From Candidatus Micrarchaeia archaeon (lineage in GTDB: Archaea > Micrarchaeota > Micrarchaeia > Norongarragalinales > CAINOH01): a stretch of 64,000 nucleotides of DNA. The DNA is taken from assembly GCA_041663565.1 (NCBI GenBank), contig JBAYMJ010000004.1, forward strand, positions 582-64,581. Direction: 5' to 3'. Below, piece after piece: positions 45,998 through 56,281 of the stretch (position 1 is its first letter; each line of letters opens with the position of its first letter). The notes under the pieces were generated by a model. The model saw only the letters and a program-made list of their open reading frames with translations, searched no databases and was not told where the DNA came from. A program made the translations under genes and the position numbers.

Positions 45998-46064
45998 GAA
46001 TTACTACCCGCCAAGAGGCGCGTATGACACGTTTATATCCTTCAGGATTTTTGCTTACTATTGT

Positions 46065-46505
46065 ATGGCATCCCATAAATTAAACAGGTGCAAAGGCCAG
46101 GTCTCGCTCGAATACGTCGTGATGGTCGGGCTGGTGCTTGCGGCGTGCGTGCCCGTCTGGATACTCGCACAGGACCGCATCTCGGACGCGCAGACGGAAC
46201 TCGACGCGGTGACCGCGCAGGCGTCCGTTGACGCCTTGGCCAAGGCGGCCGACTGGGCGGCGCTGTCCGGATACCCCGCAAGGCGCACCGTTGACATCGA
46301 GCTTCCTCACACAGTCCAAGGCGCGCTTGTCGCAGGACGCGAGGTGCGCATACTGTTCTACGGCTCTGCAGGGCTTTCCGAAGCTTACGCCGTTTCCGAA
46401 GCCAACCTCACCGGGACGATACCCATCGGCGGCTCGAAGGTGACGATGGTGGTTGCCGCAAGCCAGTCGCAGCCTGGGAACGTCACAATAGGGCAGGCGG
46501 GTTAA
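46065..46505 (+). CDS. Minor pilin-like protein (class III signal peptide)
   Basis: KGQVSLEYVVMVG plus hydrophobic helix. Confidence 0.8.
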   Translation: MASHKLNRCKGQVSLEYVVMVGLVLAACVPVWILAQDRISDAQTELDAVTAQASVDALAKAADWAALSGYPARRTVDIELPHTVQGALVAGREVRILFYGSAGLSEAYAVSEANLTGTIPIGGSKVTMVVAASQSQPGNVTIGQAG

Positions 46506-46506
46506 G

Positions 46507-46899
46507 ATGCGTCGCGGCCAGGTAGCCATGGAATTCGTCGCAGTCTGCATGCTCCTCATACTCGTGTGGACCGCGTTCTCGATGCTCTCGGCCGAGTGGA
46601 ACCGCAGGACCTATTCCGTCGCGGCATCTGCTGACGCGCAGGCCCTCCTTGAGAAGATTTACAACGAGGCTGTTGACGCGAAGGCTGCCGGACCGGGCTA
46701 CTCGCACGCGTTTGCGGTGCCTGCCGCGCTTGCGGGAAACCAAAACTACACCGTGAGCATCTATCCAGCATACTCCACGATACAGATTGCATTCAAGGAT
46801 TCAAGCGCATCAGCCGTGCTCCCATTCAGCGCATCCGGAAGCGCCGGCTGCTGCACCGTAAGAGTGACTAATGACAATGGCAACGTCGTGTTCTCATAG
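46507..46899 (+). CDS. Minor pilin-like protein
   Basis: MRRGQVAMEFVAV. Confidence 0.8.
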   Translation: MRRGQVAMEFVAVCMLLILVWTAFSMLSAEWNRRTYSVAASADAQALLEKIYNEAVDAKAAGPGYSHAFAVPAALAGNQNYTVSIYPAYSTIQIAFKDSSASAVLPFSASGSAGCCTVRVTNDNGNVVFS

Positions 46900-47461
46900 G
46901 CGCCGTGGCAACCACCGCCGCGGCCAGGTGCTTAGCGCGGAAATAGTGCTCGCCACATTCGTGTTCGTGATGGCCGTTGCCATCATAAACCACGCCTACT
47001 CGCGCACTCTTGAGGCGGGGCTCTCGATGACGTCGGGCCAGCGGGACGTGCGCACTTATGCGGGGCTTCTTTTGGACGGCCAGGGCAGCCAGCCCGACTG
47101 GGACTATGCAAGCCATGATGCCCGGCCGCTAACGCTTTCGTCGGACGGCTCAATCAATATCACCAAGGCGGCGGACCTTGTCGCATTGCTTTACGATGAC
47201 GAGAACGCCACGCTCTCCGCACTCTCGGCCGGGCCGTACAAGGTAGGGATACGCATAACCGGCCAGGACGGCTTGCCGATTGTGGTTGCCTGCCCCGGCT
47301 GCAGCTGCGGCGGCAGGTGCAACGTCACGCTCGAGTATTACCCGCCGCTTTATTCGAAGAACATCTTCCCGGTCGAGGGCGTTTATAGGCTTGTGAACGC
47401 CAACGGCTCGGGAGCGGGAATCGGGAACGTACGGCTGCTATTCTACAGGACATACGACTAG
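46871..47461 (+). CDS. Minor pilin-like protein
   Basis: RRGQVLSAEIVLA. Confidence 0.72.
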   Translation: MTMATSCSHRRRGNHRRGQVLSAEIVLATFVFVMAVAIINHAYSRTLEAGLSMTSGQRDVRTYAGLLLDGQGSQPDWDYASHDARPLTLSSDGSINITKAADLVALLYDDENATLSALSAGPYKVGIRITGQDGLPIVVACPGCSCGGRCNVTLEYYPPLYSKNIFPVEGVYRLVNANGSGAGIGNVRLLFYRTYD

Positions 47462-47475
47462 GATTTGATGACGCT

Positions 47476-48027
47476 TTGGAAAAAAACGCGGGTAAAGGCA
47501 GGGGGATTGCGTTCGCAATTGACGCGCTGTTCGCAATAGCGGTAGTGGCGGCGTTCGCAATAACTGTCGTGCCCGCAAGTTCCGGCCTGCAGGATGCGGG
47601 CGATGCCGCGCCAAGGGCGGCCTCAAAACTGTCCGAGAGCACGCTCCGAGCGATGTGCCTTGCGACCGCAAGCGAGCTTTCAGCGGCTTCGCCGGAAATC
47701 GCCGCAATTTATTCGGACGGCAACCTCACTGCAAACGATTCGGAAATGACCTTGTGCCAGCTTCTCGCCAGGCTGGAAGCCGAGGGCAACGGCTCGGTCT
47801 TGCGGGCAAAGAACGTAACTGCACAGGTGTTCGGTCCGCTTGTGCCGCAGACAATGGGGCTTGCGGTCTATGCAGATGGCGCGCTAATCTACAACACCAC
47901 TTTCGAGCCGCCGGCGCCAATAGCGCTGCACTCGTCAGCGGCATACGTCTACTCCTATGGGAAGGCCGGCGTTTCTACAGCGCCAATCGGGCCGGTAAAA
48001 ATCGAGGCGAGGAGCTGGTGGCCATGA
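47476..48027 (+). CDS. Minor pilin-like protein
   Basis: GRGIAFAIDALFA. Confidence 0.72.
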   Translation: MEKNAGKGRGIAFAIDALFAIAVVAAFAITVVPASSGLQDAGDAAPRAASKLSESTLRAMCLATASELSAASPEIAAIYSDGNLTANDSEMTLCQLLARLEAEGNGSVLRAKNVTAQVFGPLVPQTMGLAVYADGALIYNTTFEPPAPIALHSSAAYVYSYGKAGVSTAPIGPVKIEARSWWP

Positions 48028-48575
48028 GACGCGGTTTTGCCTACTCGCTTGCTGCTCTTGCGCTCGCCCTAGCTGTCGCGCAGGCAGCGATAATCTTTTC
48101 GTCGGCCCAGTCGGGCGTTGCGTACGAACGCAGCTCGCAAAAGGACGCAGTTGAGTTCGCCGCGTTTTCAGAGGGCACTGCCGGGCTCCAATCAGGACTG
48201 CTCCTCAGCTGCGGCCTTGCGTTTGAGGCTGCAAAGGACTACGAGGAGTCCACCAATTCCACGTTCGTAAACCGGTCCTGCGTGCTGACGTTCCTTGCAA
48301 GGGACGGCAGCGTCACAAACGCCACCTGCCCGGGCGAGCCTTTTGCCCTGATTGAGACTTCCAACCAGGCGTATTCGCTTTCAGGCTGGCAGCAGGCCGC
48401 GGCATCGGAAAGGACAGGCAGCGTGGGAATCTCTTCGGAGGTTCTGTCAGCCTATGCGACGGGGAACGCAACGCGCGCGATGTGCGACGCAACCGCACTG
48501 GTCACTGCTGCCACCCCTGGCAATTCCACATTCATTTCGAGAACGTACGCGGCGCAAAGGACGGTGCAAAACTAG
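48024..48575 (+). CDS. Minor pilin-like protein
   Basis: MRRGFAYSLAALAL; ATGA overlap with the previous gene. Confidence 0.7.
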   Translation: MRRGFAYSLAALALALAVAQAAIIFSSAQSGVAYERSSQKDAVEFAAFSEGTAGLQSGLLLSCGLAFEAAKDYEESTNSTFVNRSCVLTFLARDGSVTNATCPGEPFALIETSNQAYSLSGWQQAAASERTGSVGISSEVLSAYATGNATRAMCDATALVTAATPGNSTFISRTYAAQRTVQN

Positions 48576-48674
48576 CGCAAATATGACAGGCGGGCTTTTA
48601 TTTGGCACGACATTAATAGTGCCATAAGGGCAAATGCAGTAAAACTGCGCAAATCCTAAGAGGGCTGAAGACTT

Positions 48675-49241
48675 TTGGCTGGAACAGGCGACGCAGGCTC
48701 ATCCGAAAAGGCGATTGAGACGGTAGTGGACCGGCTCTACGACCTTGTCAACGCGAAGAAGTCGGTGACCGTAAGGGAAGTCGCCAAGGCGCTGTCGATT
48801 TCCGAGCCCCAGACCGAGAAGCTTGCCCGGCTGCTCGAGTCGTCCAAGCTGGTGCAGGTAAACTACAGCCTTTCTGAAATAATCATCACCATCGCCGAGG
48901 AGGCCAAGGCGGCCCCGGCCGCAGCGGCCACCGAGCCGGACCCAGCTGAGCGCGCCATCCTGTCCTCCTGCGACGAGGTAGCGAGGGCGAAGGCGGTGCT
49001 CGAGTTTTCCAGGCGCCAAGTCGAGCAGCTTTCAGGCAGGCTCGCACAGTCGGCTTCGCAGCAGGCTGCCGCAATCAAGGCAAAGGACGTGAGCCCGGCT
49101 TTGCGAAGGAGGCTTGAAGGCATCGGGTCGGACGCCGCCCAGGCGAAGGCCCACGCAACCGCCGCCCTGGCAGCGGCAACGGTTCTCGAGGAGGCCAGCC
49201 AGAGGCTTTCGCAGGTCGCGACACGCAAGGGTGCAAGATAA
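48675..49241 (+). CDS. Pilus-locus accessory protein (winged-HTH-like N-terminus, coiled coil)
   Basis: IETVVDRLYDLV..EVAKAL..LESSKLVQVNY; abuts the ATPase gene. Confidence 0.6.
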   Translation: MAGTGDAGSSEKAIETVVDRLYDLVNAKKSVTVREVAKALSISEPQTEKLARLLESSKLVQVNYSLSEIIITIAEEAKAAPAAAATEPDPAERAILSSCDEVARAKAVLEFSRRQVEQLSGRLAQSASQQAAAIKAKDVSPALRRRLEGIGSDAAQAKAHATAALAAATVLEEASQRLSQVATRKGAR

Positions 49242-50737
49242 TGAAAATCCTAGACTCGTACAGCGTTGAAAGCGAGGGCATACCCGCCCTGATACAGATA
49301 GTGGACGACGAGTCGTTCACCAACATGTACATGCTACACCGCGCCAAGGTGCGCAAGTCAACTGAGGCGGTGATGGACTTCCTCAAGCAGCGCGTCATCG
49401 ACGCAGTCAACATCAGCGCGTCCGAGATAGCCAACTTCAGCGCGTGGGAAAAGCTTCGCGCGAACGTCAAGAAGAAGGCCCACGAGCTCGTGCGCACCGA
49501 GCTTGGCAACCTCGACCCCAAGGAGGAGGACTTGCTCGTGGGGAAGCTCCTGCAGGAGATGCTCGGCATCAGCGAGCTCGAGTTCTTCCTGAGCGACGAG
49601 CAGCTCGAGGAGGTCGTGGTCATCTCCTCCAAGGACCCCGTGTGGGTGTACCACCGCAAGTACGGCTGGCTCAAGACCAACGTGAACATCGACACCGAAG
49701 AGCAGATACGCAACTACGCGGCCATAATGGGAAGGCGGGTTGGCAAGCAGATAACAAACCTCGACCCGCTGATGGACGCGTACCTGCTTTCCGGCCACCG
49801 CGTCAACGCGACCCTCGCGCCGGTCTCGGCGAAGGGCAACAGCATCACCATACGCAAGTTCCGCAAGGACCCGTTCACGGTCATAGACTTCATGAACCCT
49901 AACCTCAACACCACCTCGGTCGAGGCGCTCGCGTTCATCTGGCTTGCGGTGCAGTACGAGATGAACCTCCTGGTTGGAGGAGGGACCGCAAGCGGGAAGA
50001 CGTCGTTCCTCAACGCAATACTCGCGTTCACCCCGCCGAACCAGCGCATAGTCAGCATCGAGGACACGCGCGAGCTCATGCTCCCGACGTACCTGCACTG
50101 GACGCCGATGGTCACGCGGCTGCCGAACCCCGAAGGCAAGGGCGGCGTGAGCATGCTCGACCTTGCGGTGAACTCCCTGCGCATGCGGCCCGACCGCATC
50201 GTGCTCGGCGAAGTGCGCAGGCAGAACGAGGCCGAGGTTCTCTTCGAGGCAATGCACACCGGACACTCAGTGTATTCCACCGTCCACGCGGATGACGCGT
50301 CCCAGATGAAGGCCAGGCTCATAAGCCCGCCCATCAACCTGCCCGAGCAGTTCCTTTCGGCCATGCACCTTGCGGTAGTGCAGTACCGCCAGCGCAGGAC
50401 GGGGATACGCAGGACGACCGAGATTGCCGAGATAATTCCCGGCGAGCGCGGGGTCAGCTTCAACGTGGTGTACCAGTGGAACGCCCAGGACGACACCCTC
50501 GAGAAGGTCGACGAGCACATGAGGGTCGACAACGAGATTAAGGCCCGGACCGGCATGAAGCAGAAGGAAATCACTGCAGACCTTGAGCAGAAGAAGGCAA
50601 TACTCCTTGCGATGTCCGACGCGGGGATAAGCAAGGTGGACGACGTGGGAATGATATTCGCAAAGTACTACAAGTCGCCCAAGCTGGTGGCCGAGAGCGC
50701 GCAGAAGGGCGCGAGGGAGATGCGCAAGCTCCTGTGA
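49241..50737 (+). CDS. Type IV pilus/secretion assembly ATPase (TadA/CpaF/VirB11 family)
   Basis: GGTASGKT, SIEDTREL, LRMRPDRIVLGEVR and TGH..STVHA. Confidence 0.95.
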   Translation: MKILDSYSVESEGIPALIQIVDDESFTNMYMLHRAKVRKSTEAVMDFLKQRVIDAVNISASEIANFSAWEKLRANVKKKAHELVRTELGNLDPKEEDLLVGKLLQEMLGISELEFFLSDEQLEEVVVISSKDPVWVYHRKYGWLKTNVNIDTEEQIRNYAAIMGRRVGKQITNLDPLMDAYLLSGHRVNATLAPVSAKGNSITIRKFRKDPFTVIDFMNPNLNTTSVEALAFIWLAVQYEMNLLVGGGTASGKTSFLNAILAFTPPNQRIVSIEDTRELMLPTYLHWTPMVTRLPNPEGKGGVSMLDLAVNSLRMRPDRIVLGEVRRQNEAEVLFEAMHTGHSVYSTVHADDASQMKARLISPPINLPEQFLSAMHLAVVQYRQRRTGIRRTTEIAEIIPGERGVSFNVVYQWNAQDDTLEKVDEHMRVDNEIKARTGMKQKEITADLEQKKAILLAMSDAGISKVDDVGMIFAKYYKSPKLVAESAQKGAREMRKLL

Positions 50738-50748
50738 GGTGACAAGCG

Positions 50749-51633
50749 GTGGAAAGCAAGATACCCATACTGCCGTTTTCGCTGGTGCCCTCGCAGTTCC
50801 TGTTCGTCCTGGCCGAAAAGACGCGGCCCATAGGCAACGCCGTGCAGGCTTGGATGCCCATACTCGGCGACGACCTGATGGGCGCGGGGTACGGGAACCT
50901 CGACGCCGACGCGTACGCGACCGCGTGCGTGCTCAACGCGTTCACGAACTTCTTCGTCTCGTTCCTCTTCATCAACCTGCTGGGCGTGCTTGCGCTCACG
51001 CCGATGCTGCTCCTCGCTGGCCTTGCCTCGGCCGGGATTGGGGTGGCGACGCTGGTCACCTGCCTGGTGTACCCGCAGATAGTCGCATCGCAGCGGAGGC
51101 GCGCAATCGACGCGAACATGATAACGGCCACGAGGCAGCTGCTCATCCAGATACGCTCCGGGGTGCCGCTGTTCAACGCGCTCCTTTCGGTGAGCACTGG
51201 GCACAACAAGGTGTCGGACGAGTTCTACAAGATAGTCGCGCAGCTCAACGCGGGCGTTGCTGAGGCCGACGCGCTCGCCGAGGCGTCCGCAACGTCGCCT
51301 TCGATGCAGTTCCGCAAGGTCGTGTGGCAGCTTTCCAACGCGCTCAAGGTGGGCACCGACGTGGGCCTTGCGCTCGAGGCCACGCTTTCCGAGCTTGAGC
51401 ACGAGCAGACCGAGCAGATCAAGAAGTATGCGCAGGAGCTCTCGCCGCTGACCATGATATACATGATAAGCGCAATCATAGTACCGAGCCTGGGAGTGAC
51501 CCTGCTCATAGTCATAGGCTCGCTGCTTTCGTTCCCGATTCCCAAGGCCCTGCTCGTGGTCATATTCATAATAATGGTCGGCTTCCAGGCTTTCTTCCTC
51601 GACTTCGTCTCAACCCGGAGGCCGGTGGTGTAG
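50749..51633 (+). CDS. Type II secretion system F (TadC-like) membrane platform protein
   Basis: IRSGVPLFNAL and multiple TM helices; follows the ATPase. Confidence 0.88.
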   Translation: MESKIPILPFSLVPSQFLFVLAEKTRPIGNAVQAWMPILGDDLMGAGYGNLDADAYATACVLNAFTNFFVSFLFINLLGVLALTPMLLLAGLASAGIGVATLVTCLVYPQIVASQRRRAIDANMITATRQLLIQIRSGVPLFNALLSVSTGHNKVSDEFYKIVAQLNAGVAEADALAEASATSPSMQFRKVVWQLSNALKVGTDVGLALEATLSELEHEQTEQIKKYAQELSPLTMIYMISAIIVPSLGVTLLIVIGSLLSFPIPKALLVVIFIIMVGFQAFFLDFVSTRRPVV

Positions 51634-51636
51634 GAC

Positions 51637-52671
51637 ATGAAGGCCAGCCGCATAATCATAAGGTCGTCCTACGCCCTTCCCAGGAGGTGGGTCGAAGCAA
51701 TCGGAAAGCTCCTTGCAAAGGGCGGTTTCGACACCACGAAGAACCGGTACCTGATAGGCCTCTGCATGCTCGGCGCGGCCTCGCTCGGCATCCTCGTTTT
51801 CCTCATATTCGCAGTAGTCACGGCCGACTACAGGTTCGCGGCGTTCTCCGGGCTCCTCGTGGTGATGGCCGAGGTCGGCGGCGCGTACGTCATCCTGAAG
51901 TCGACCGCGTACCAGAGGAGCAGGAAGATAGAGAGCGTGCTCCCGGACGCGCTGCGCATCATCTCGGCGAACATGCGCGCGGGGATGACCGTCGAGAACG
52001 CTCTCTGGTCGGCAGCAAGGCCGGAGTTTGGGCCGTTCAGGGACGAGCTGAGCAGGGTTGCTGCGGACACGTTCGGCGGGATGCCAATCGAGGACGCGCT
52101 GCTTGCGATGCCCGACCGGGTCGACTCGCGGCTTCTGGAACACTCGGTGAACCTGATGGTCGGAGGCCTGCGCCTGGGAGGCAGGATGACCGACCTGCTT
52201 GACCGCATCGCGGCAGACATCTCGTCGCGGCAGGGCCTGCAGCGCCAGATAGAGACATCGACTACGACGTACTCGATATTCATAGTGTTCTCCGCGCTCG
52301 TAGCGGCACCCATGCTGTTTGCGGTCTCGACGTTCTACTCCGAAATCAACGAGACTACGCTCACCGGCTTCACCTCAGGGATGCAGATAGACTCGGCCGC
52401 CAGGGCGCGCATCTCAAGTTCGGGCATCCCGATACTACTGCCTTCACAGCAGGACACCCAGACGGACCAGATAGCGTTCGCCGACATCCGGCTGTTCTCC
52501 CTAGGCGTGATAATCATCATCGCGTTCTTTGCCGCCCTGCTCATCGCCCAGATAAAGGAAGGCGAGTCGCACCGGGGGCTTTCCTACGTGCCGATATTCG
52601 TGGCAGTAGCGATGGCGGTGTTCATAACCAGCCTGTTCGGGCTTGAGACCGTGTTTGCGGGAATGGTCTGA
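51637..52671 (+). CDS. Second type II secretion system F (TadB/C-like) protein
   Basis: LPDALRIISANMRAGMT..AL..PEFGP. Confidence 0.88.
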   Translation: MKASRIIIRSSYALPRRWVEAIGKLLAKGGFDTTKNRYLIGLCMLGAASLGILVFLIFAVVTADYRFAAFSGLLVVMAEVGGAYVILKSTAYQRSRKIESVLPDALRIISANMRAGMTVENALWSAARPEFGPFRDELSRVAADTFGGMPIEDALLAMPDRVDSRLLEHSVNLMVGGLRLGGRMTDLLDRIAADISSRQGLQRQIETSTTTYSIFIVFSALVAAPMLFAVSTFYSEINETTLTGFTSGMQIDSAARARISSSGIPILLPSQQDTQTDQIAFADIRLFSLGVIIIIAFFAALLIAQIKEGESHRGLSYVPIFVAVAMAVFITSLFGLETVFAGMV

Positions 52672-52772
52672 GCGCCCTTTGCGGCGCGCGGCTCCCTGCG
52701 GCCGGCAGACAGCAACGCATTAATAAGCGGGGAAAGTAATTTTTGCAGGACGATTCAAACGGTGGTATAGTT

Positions 52773-53237
52773 ATGTCAAAAGGCCAGACTGCGCTCGAAT
52801 ACCTTGTCACTTACGGCTGGGCCATACTCGGAATCATAATCATCGTGGGAGTCCTCATCAACTTCGGCGTGTTCAACCCGAGCAAGTGGGCCAACGTGCG
52901 CCAGCAGGGCGGCTTCTCCTCGCTTGCGGTGCTTGACCACAGCGTCATAGCGGGGGCCAACGGCAACATGACCATAGCGTTCCAGAACACCCGCGGGAAC
53001 TCCATCACCATCACGCGTGTGGTCACGATGGCGGGCGGGTGCGGCTGGTCGGGCTCGCAGCTCCTTACCGTTGACAACCCCGTATCCATCACCACAACTG
53101 CATGCAACCAGAGCACGGTAACCGGCGCAAGCGTCGGCTCCGCGTACGACTTTTCGGACGTCGCGGTGACCTACACCGACTCGGTGTCGAGCATGGCGCA
53201 CACCGAACGCGGGTTCATCAAGGGGCAATTCCAGTAG
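52773..53237 (+). CDS. Pilin (class III signal peptide), candidate major pilin
   Basis: MSKGQTALEYLVTYGWAIL. Confidence 0.85.
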   Translation: MSKGQTALEYLVTYGWAILGIIIIVGVLINFGVFNPSKWANVRQQGGFSSLAVLDHSVIAGANGNMTIAFQNTRGNSITITRVVTMAGGCGWSGSQLLTVDNPVSITTTACNQSTVTGASVGSAYDFSDVAVTYTDSVSSMAHTERGFIKGQFQ

Positions 53238-53261
53238 GCAAAGCCCGGCTCTGCAATCCTC

Positions 53262-54191
53262 ATGACCAAGGAACGCTTCCCAAAGGAATACTTGGAAAAA
53301 TACTCCGCAATACTTGGAAGCGAGTTCGACAGGTTCATCCATTCCTTCGACAGCAGGGCCAAGAAGACCATCTGGTGCAACTCGCTTTGCATCACCCCCA
53401 AGGGTCTTTGCGAAGAGTTGGCCGGTCGCGACTTTCGCCTGTCCCCGCTTGAATTCTCCGAAAACGCCTTCCAGATAGATTCCGGGCCGGAGAGGCCCGG
53501 CCAGGACGAGGCGTTTGCGCAAGGCAGGTTCAACCTGCAGGAGAAGGCGTCGATGCTTCCCGCAATCGCGCTTGGCGCAAGGCCGGGAGAGCGCATACTC
53601 GACGCGTTCGCGGCCCCGGGAAACAAGACGCTCCAGCTGTGCTGCCTGTGCAACAACGAAGCGGAGATTACCTGCCTTGAGCGCGACCCGACGCGAATTG
53701 GCACGCTCCGGTTCAACACGAGAAAGTTCGGCATGCGCATCGACGCCAAGAAGCTTGACTTCCAAAAGTTCAAGGATTACGAGGGGTTCGACAGGATGCT
53801 CCTCGACGCGCCGTGCAGTTCCGAGGGGATGGCAAGAAAGAGGCTAGACGCGCTTTCTGAATGGAGCGAAAAGAAAGTGGCAAACATGTCCAAGAGGCAG
53901 AAGAAGGCCATCGTGCGCGGATTTGACCTGCTCAAGACCGGCGGCACCCTCGTCTATTCGACTTGCTCGCTCTCGCCGGAGGAAGACGAGGAAGTCATCG
54001 ACCATTTACTCTCAAGCAGGGATGGCGCGAAAGTCGAAAAGACAAAAATAGCCGGAGTAAACGCGTCCAAGGGCATCCCGGAATACAAGGAAAAGGAATA
54101 CGCCGGCCAAGTCCAAAATTGCTCAAGGCTCTATCCCCACGAATGGGACTGCCAGCCGTTCTTCCTTGCAAGGGTCTCAAAGCAAAAGTAG
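53262..54191 (+). CDS. RsmB/NOP2/Sun family RNA m5C methyltransferase
   Basis: AAPGNKT, DAPCS and YSTCS. Confidence 0.92.
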   Translation: MTKERFPKEYLEKYSAILGSEFDRFIHSFDSRAKKTIWCNSLCITPKGLCEELAGRDFRLSPLEFSENAFQIDSGPERPGQDEAFAQGRFNLQEKASMLPAIALGARPGERILDAFAAPGNKTLQLCCLCNNEAEITCLERDPTRIGTLRFNTRKFGMRIDAKKLDFQKFKDYEGFDRMLLDAPCSSEGMARKRLDALSEWSEKKVANMSKRQKKAIVRGFDLLKTGGTLVYSTCSLSPEEDEEVIDHLLSSRDGAKVEKTKIAGVNASKGIPEYKEKEYAGQVQNCSRLYPHEWDCQPFFLARVSKQK

Positions 54192-54343
54192 GTCTGGTGA
54201 CAGCGAAGGAAAAATAGGCGCAAGCATGCAACCGCTGCGGCTACGAAGGCAGGAGCGCAGCATGACAAGCGGATGCGAAGGGCATATAATCATTGATGCC
54301 CAAGTCGTCTTACAAATCTTTACGAAAAAAGGTCGGTTGCCTT

Positions 54344-55075
54344 ATGACCATAGTTACGCCACAGACGTTCGATGCAATACTTTCCGAAAAGCGCGAGGAA
54401 GTCCCCGGAGTCATAACGATGCGGCTCACACCGGTTGACGGCCGCAAGCTTTCCTTTGCCCCGGGCCAGTTCGCGATGCTGTGCTTCCCCGAGGAGGCTG
54501 ACCCACAGCGCAAGTGCCGCGCATACTCCATCTCATCGGCGCCCCAGGTTGCAGACTACGTCGAGGTGACCATCAAGGTAGTCAAGGAGTGGACGACCCG
54601 CATGACCTCGACTTCGGTTGGCGCCAAGCTGCAGGTCAAGATGCCCTTCGGACGGTTCGTCCTCGACCCGGCGTGCAAGGACCACGTGTTCATCGCAGGC
54701 GGCGTGGGAATCACGCCCTTTGCGGCAATGTCAAGCCACCTTGCCGCGACCAAGCCCGAAGGCGTGAAGGCGACCCTGTTCTACAGCGCAAAGACGCCTG
54801 CAACGCTCATATTCCGCAAGAGGTTCGAGGACATCTCAAAGGAGTGGCCCGGGCTGAAGCTTGCGTTCACCATTACCGACAAGGAGTACGCGGGCACGGA
54901 CTGGAGCGGGCACCGCGGAAGGCTGGACGCCGAATACGTCAAGGCCACGCTTGGCGGAATAGGGGGGAAGAAGTTCTACCTCTGCGGCTCCGGCCAGATG
55001 ATGGGCGGCATCGAGGAGATACTTGAATCGATGGGCGTTGCCAAGGAGAACATCCACACCGAAAAGTTCGGATGA
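54344..55075 (+). CDS. Ferredoxin-NADP reductase-like FAD oxidoreductase
   Basis: PGQF, RAYSISS, AGGVGITPF and YLCG..EKF. Confidence 0.88.
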   Translation: MTIVTPQTFDAILSEKREEVPGVITMRLTPVDGRKLSFAPGQFAMLCFPEEADPQRKCRAYSISSAPQVADYVEVTIKVVKEWTTRMTSTSVGAKLQVKMPFGRFVLDPACKDHVFIAGGVGITPFAAMSSHLAATKPEGVKATLFYSAKTPATLIFRKRFEDISKEWPGLKLAFTITDKEYAGTDWSGHRGRLDAEYVKATLGGIGGKKFYLCGSGQMMGGIEEILESMGVAKENIHTEKFG

Positions 55076-55088
55076 AAAACGGCGACGA

Positions 55089-55376
55089 CTAGCGCTTGGT
55101 CTTCATCTTCTCGCCGACGAAGCTGATGAGGTCGCGCAGCTTCTTTTCCATCGTGGGGTAGTCCACGAGCTCTTCCAGCCCGGTGCGCATCGACTCGATT
55201 TCGGGCTTCATCTTCAGGTACTCGCGCTCGAGCTGCTCAAGGCGCGACGAGAGCTCCTTTATCTCCTTCTGCGTCCTGCGCTGGTAGTCGATGACAAAGT
55301 ATATCACTACCGCGAGGATGACCATGGAGATGGTGAAAAGCCCGAACGCAATTGCCGACATGCCTAGGATTTCCAT
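55089..55376 (-). CDS. Small membrane-anchored coiled-coil protein
   Basis: N-terminal TM helix then heptad pattern. Confidence 0.6.
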   Translation of the reverse strand: MEILGMSAIAFGLFTISMVILAVVIYFVIDYQRRTQKEIKELSSRLEQLEREYLKMKPEIESMRTGLEELVDYPTMEKKLRDLISFVGEKMKTKR

Positions 55377-55380
55377 GTTG

Positions 55381-55659
55381 TCACGACCCCTCAATAACCG
55401 CCGAAGTCAGGTCCTTGGCCTGCTTTGTGATGCTCTGCATCGCGTTGCGGGTGATTTTCTTCTCCAGGCCGGACTTTGCCGCCTGGATGTCCGAAGTCAT
55501 GGCCGCGGACTCCGCGTGGGCGGACTCGATGCGGGCCGAAAGCTCCGCGACGCTGGCCACAGCAGCCTCGTGCGTCTTCTTGGAAAGATGGTAGGCGACT
55601 GCAGCGGCCGCTACCGAGACCAGGAAACAGAATCCCGCAACGTAGAGGTCGTCTGCCAT
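55381..55659 (-). CDS. Small membrane-anchored coiled-coil protein
   Basis: N-terminal TM helix then Ala-rich helix. Confidence 0.55.
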   Translation of the reverse strand: MADDLYVAGFCFLVSVAAAAVAYHLSKKTHEAAVASVAELSARIESAHAESAAMTSDIQAAKSGLEKKITRNAMQSITKQAKDLTSAVIEGS

Positions 55660-55673
55660 ATTGCCATCAATAC

Positions 55674-56156
55674 CTAGGCGCACGTTCCGATAAGCGGCCG
55701 GGCACCGGTCTGCCTCATGGAGTAAGTCATGAAGTTGTACAGGATGTTGACCTGGGTTATCTCGAACATCTTGCCCGTTGCGGTATAGACGCAGGGGTTG
55801 CCGTTCGTGAAGCCGGTGATGTAGATTGCCTTCTCCTCGCCTGCCGTGAGGAGCTGGTAGCCCGTGCTCAGGTTGCGCACGTTGCCTGAGCCGTCGTCAA
55901 ACTGTATCTCGGTGATGTTGAGCTTGTCCGAGCCGCGGTTTGCGACCATCAAAAGGGCGGTGCCGTTGCCGAGCTGGACCGTAGTGATGGAAAACGGCGT
56001 GGCCGTCTTCCAATAGGACTGGGACTCCTTTTCCCTTGAGGGGCCGCCCACTTGCGGGAACCATCCTAGAAGCGCGATGATGACCATCGCCACAAGCAAT
56101 ACTGCGCCGAGGATGACGAGATATTCTGTCGCGCCCTGCCCCTTTGAACGAGCCAT
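55674..56156 (-). CDS. Pilin (class III signal peptide)
   Basis: MARSKGQGATEYLVILGAVLL. Confidence 0.85.
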   Translation of the reverse strand: MARSKGQGATEYLVILGAVLLVAMVIIALLGWFPQVGGPSREKESQSYWKTATPFSITTVQLGNGTALLMVANRGSDKLNITEIQFDDGSGNVRNLSTGYQLLTAGEEKAIYITGFTNGNPCVYTATGKMFEITQVNILYNFMTYSMRQTGARPLIGTCA

Positions 56157-56281
56157 AGAATCACCTAGTTCATACGATTGGTTGGAATTATACAAGGGGA
56201 ACGGGAGGGGGAAATAAAAAAGTAGGTTTTGGGGAAAGACCACCCAATAACCCGTGCTGCTTGGGCGCCTAGCCAATCTGG

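Noticed and set aside
49075..52313. Long antisense ORFs over the pilus ATPase and TadC genes
   Set aside because: An expected by-product of high GC3 coding on the opposite strand.
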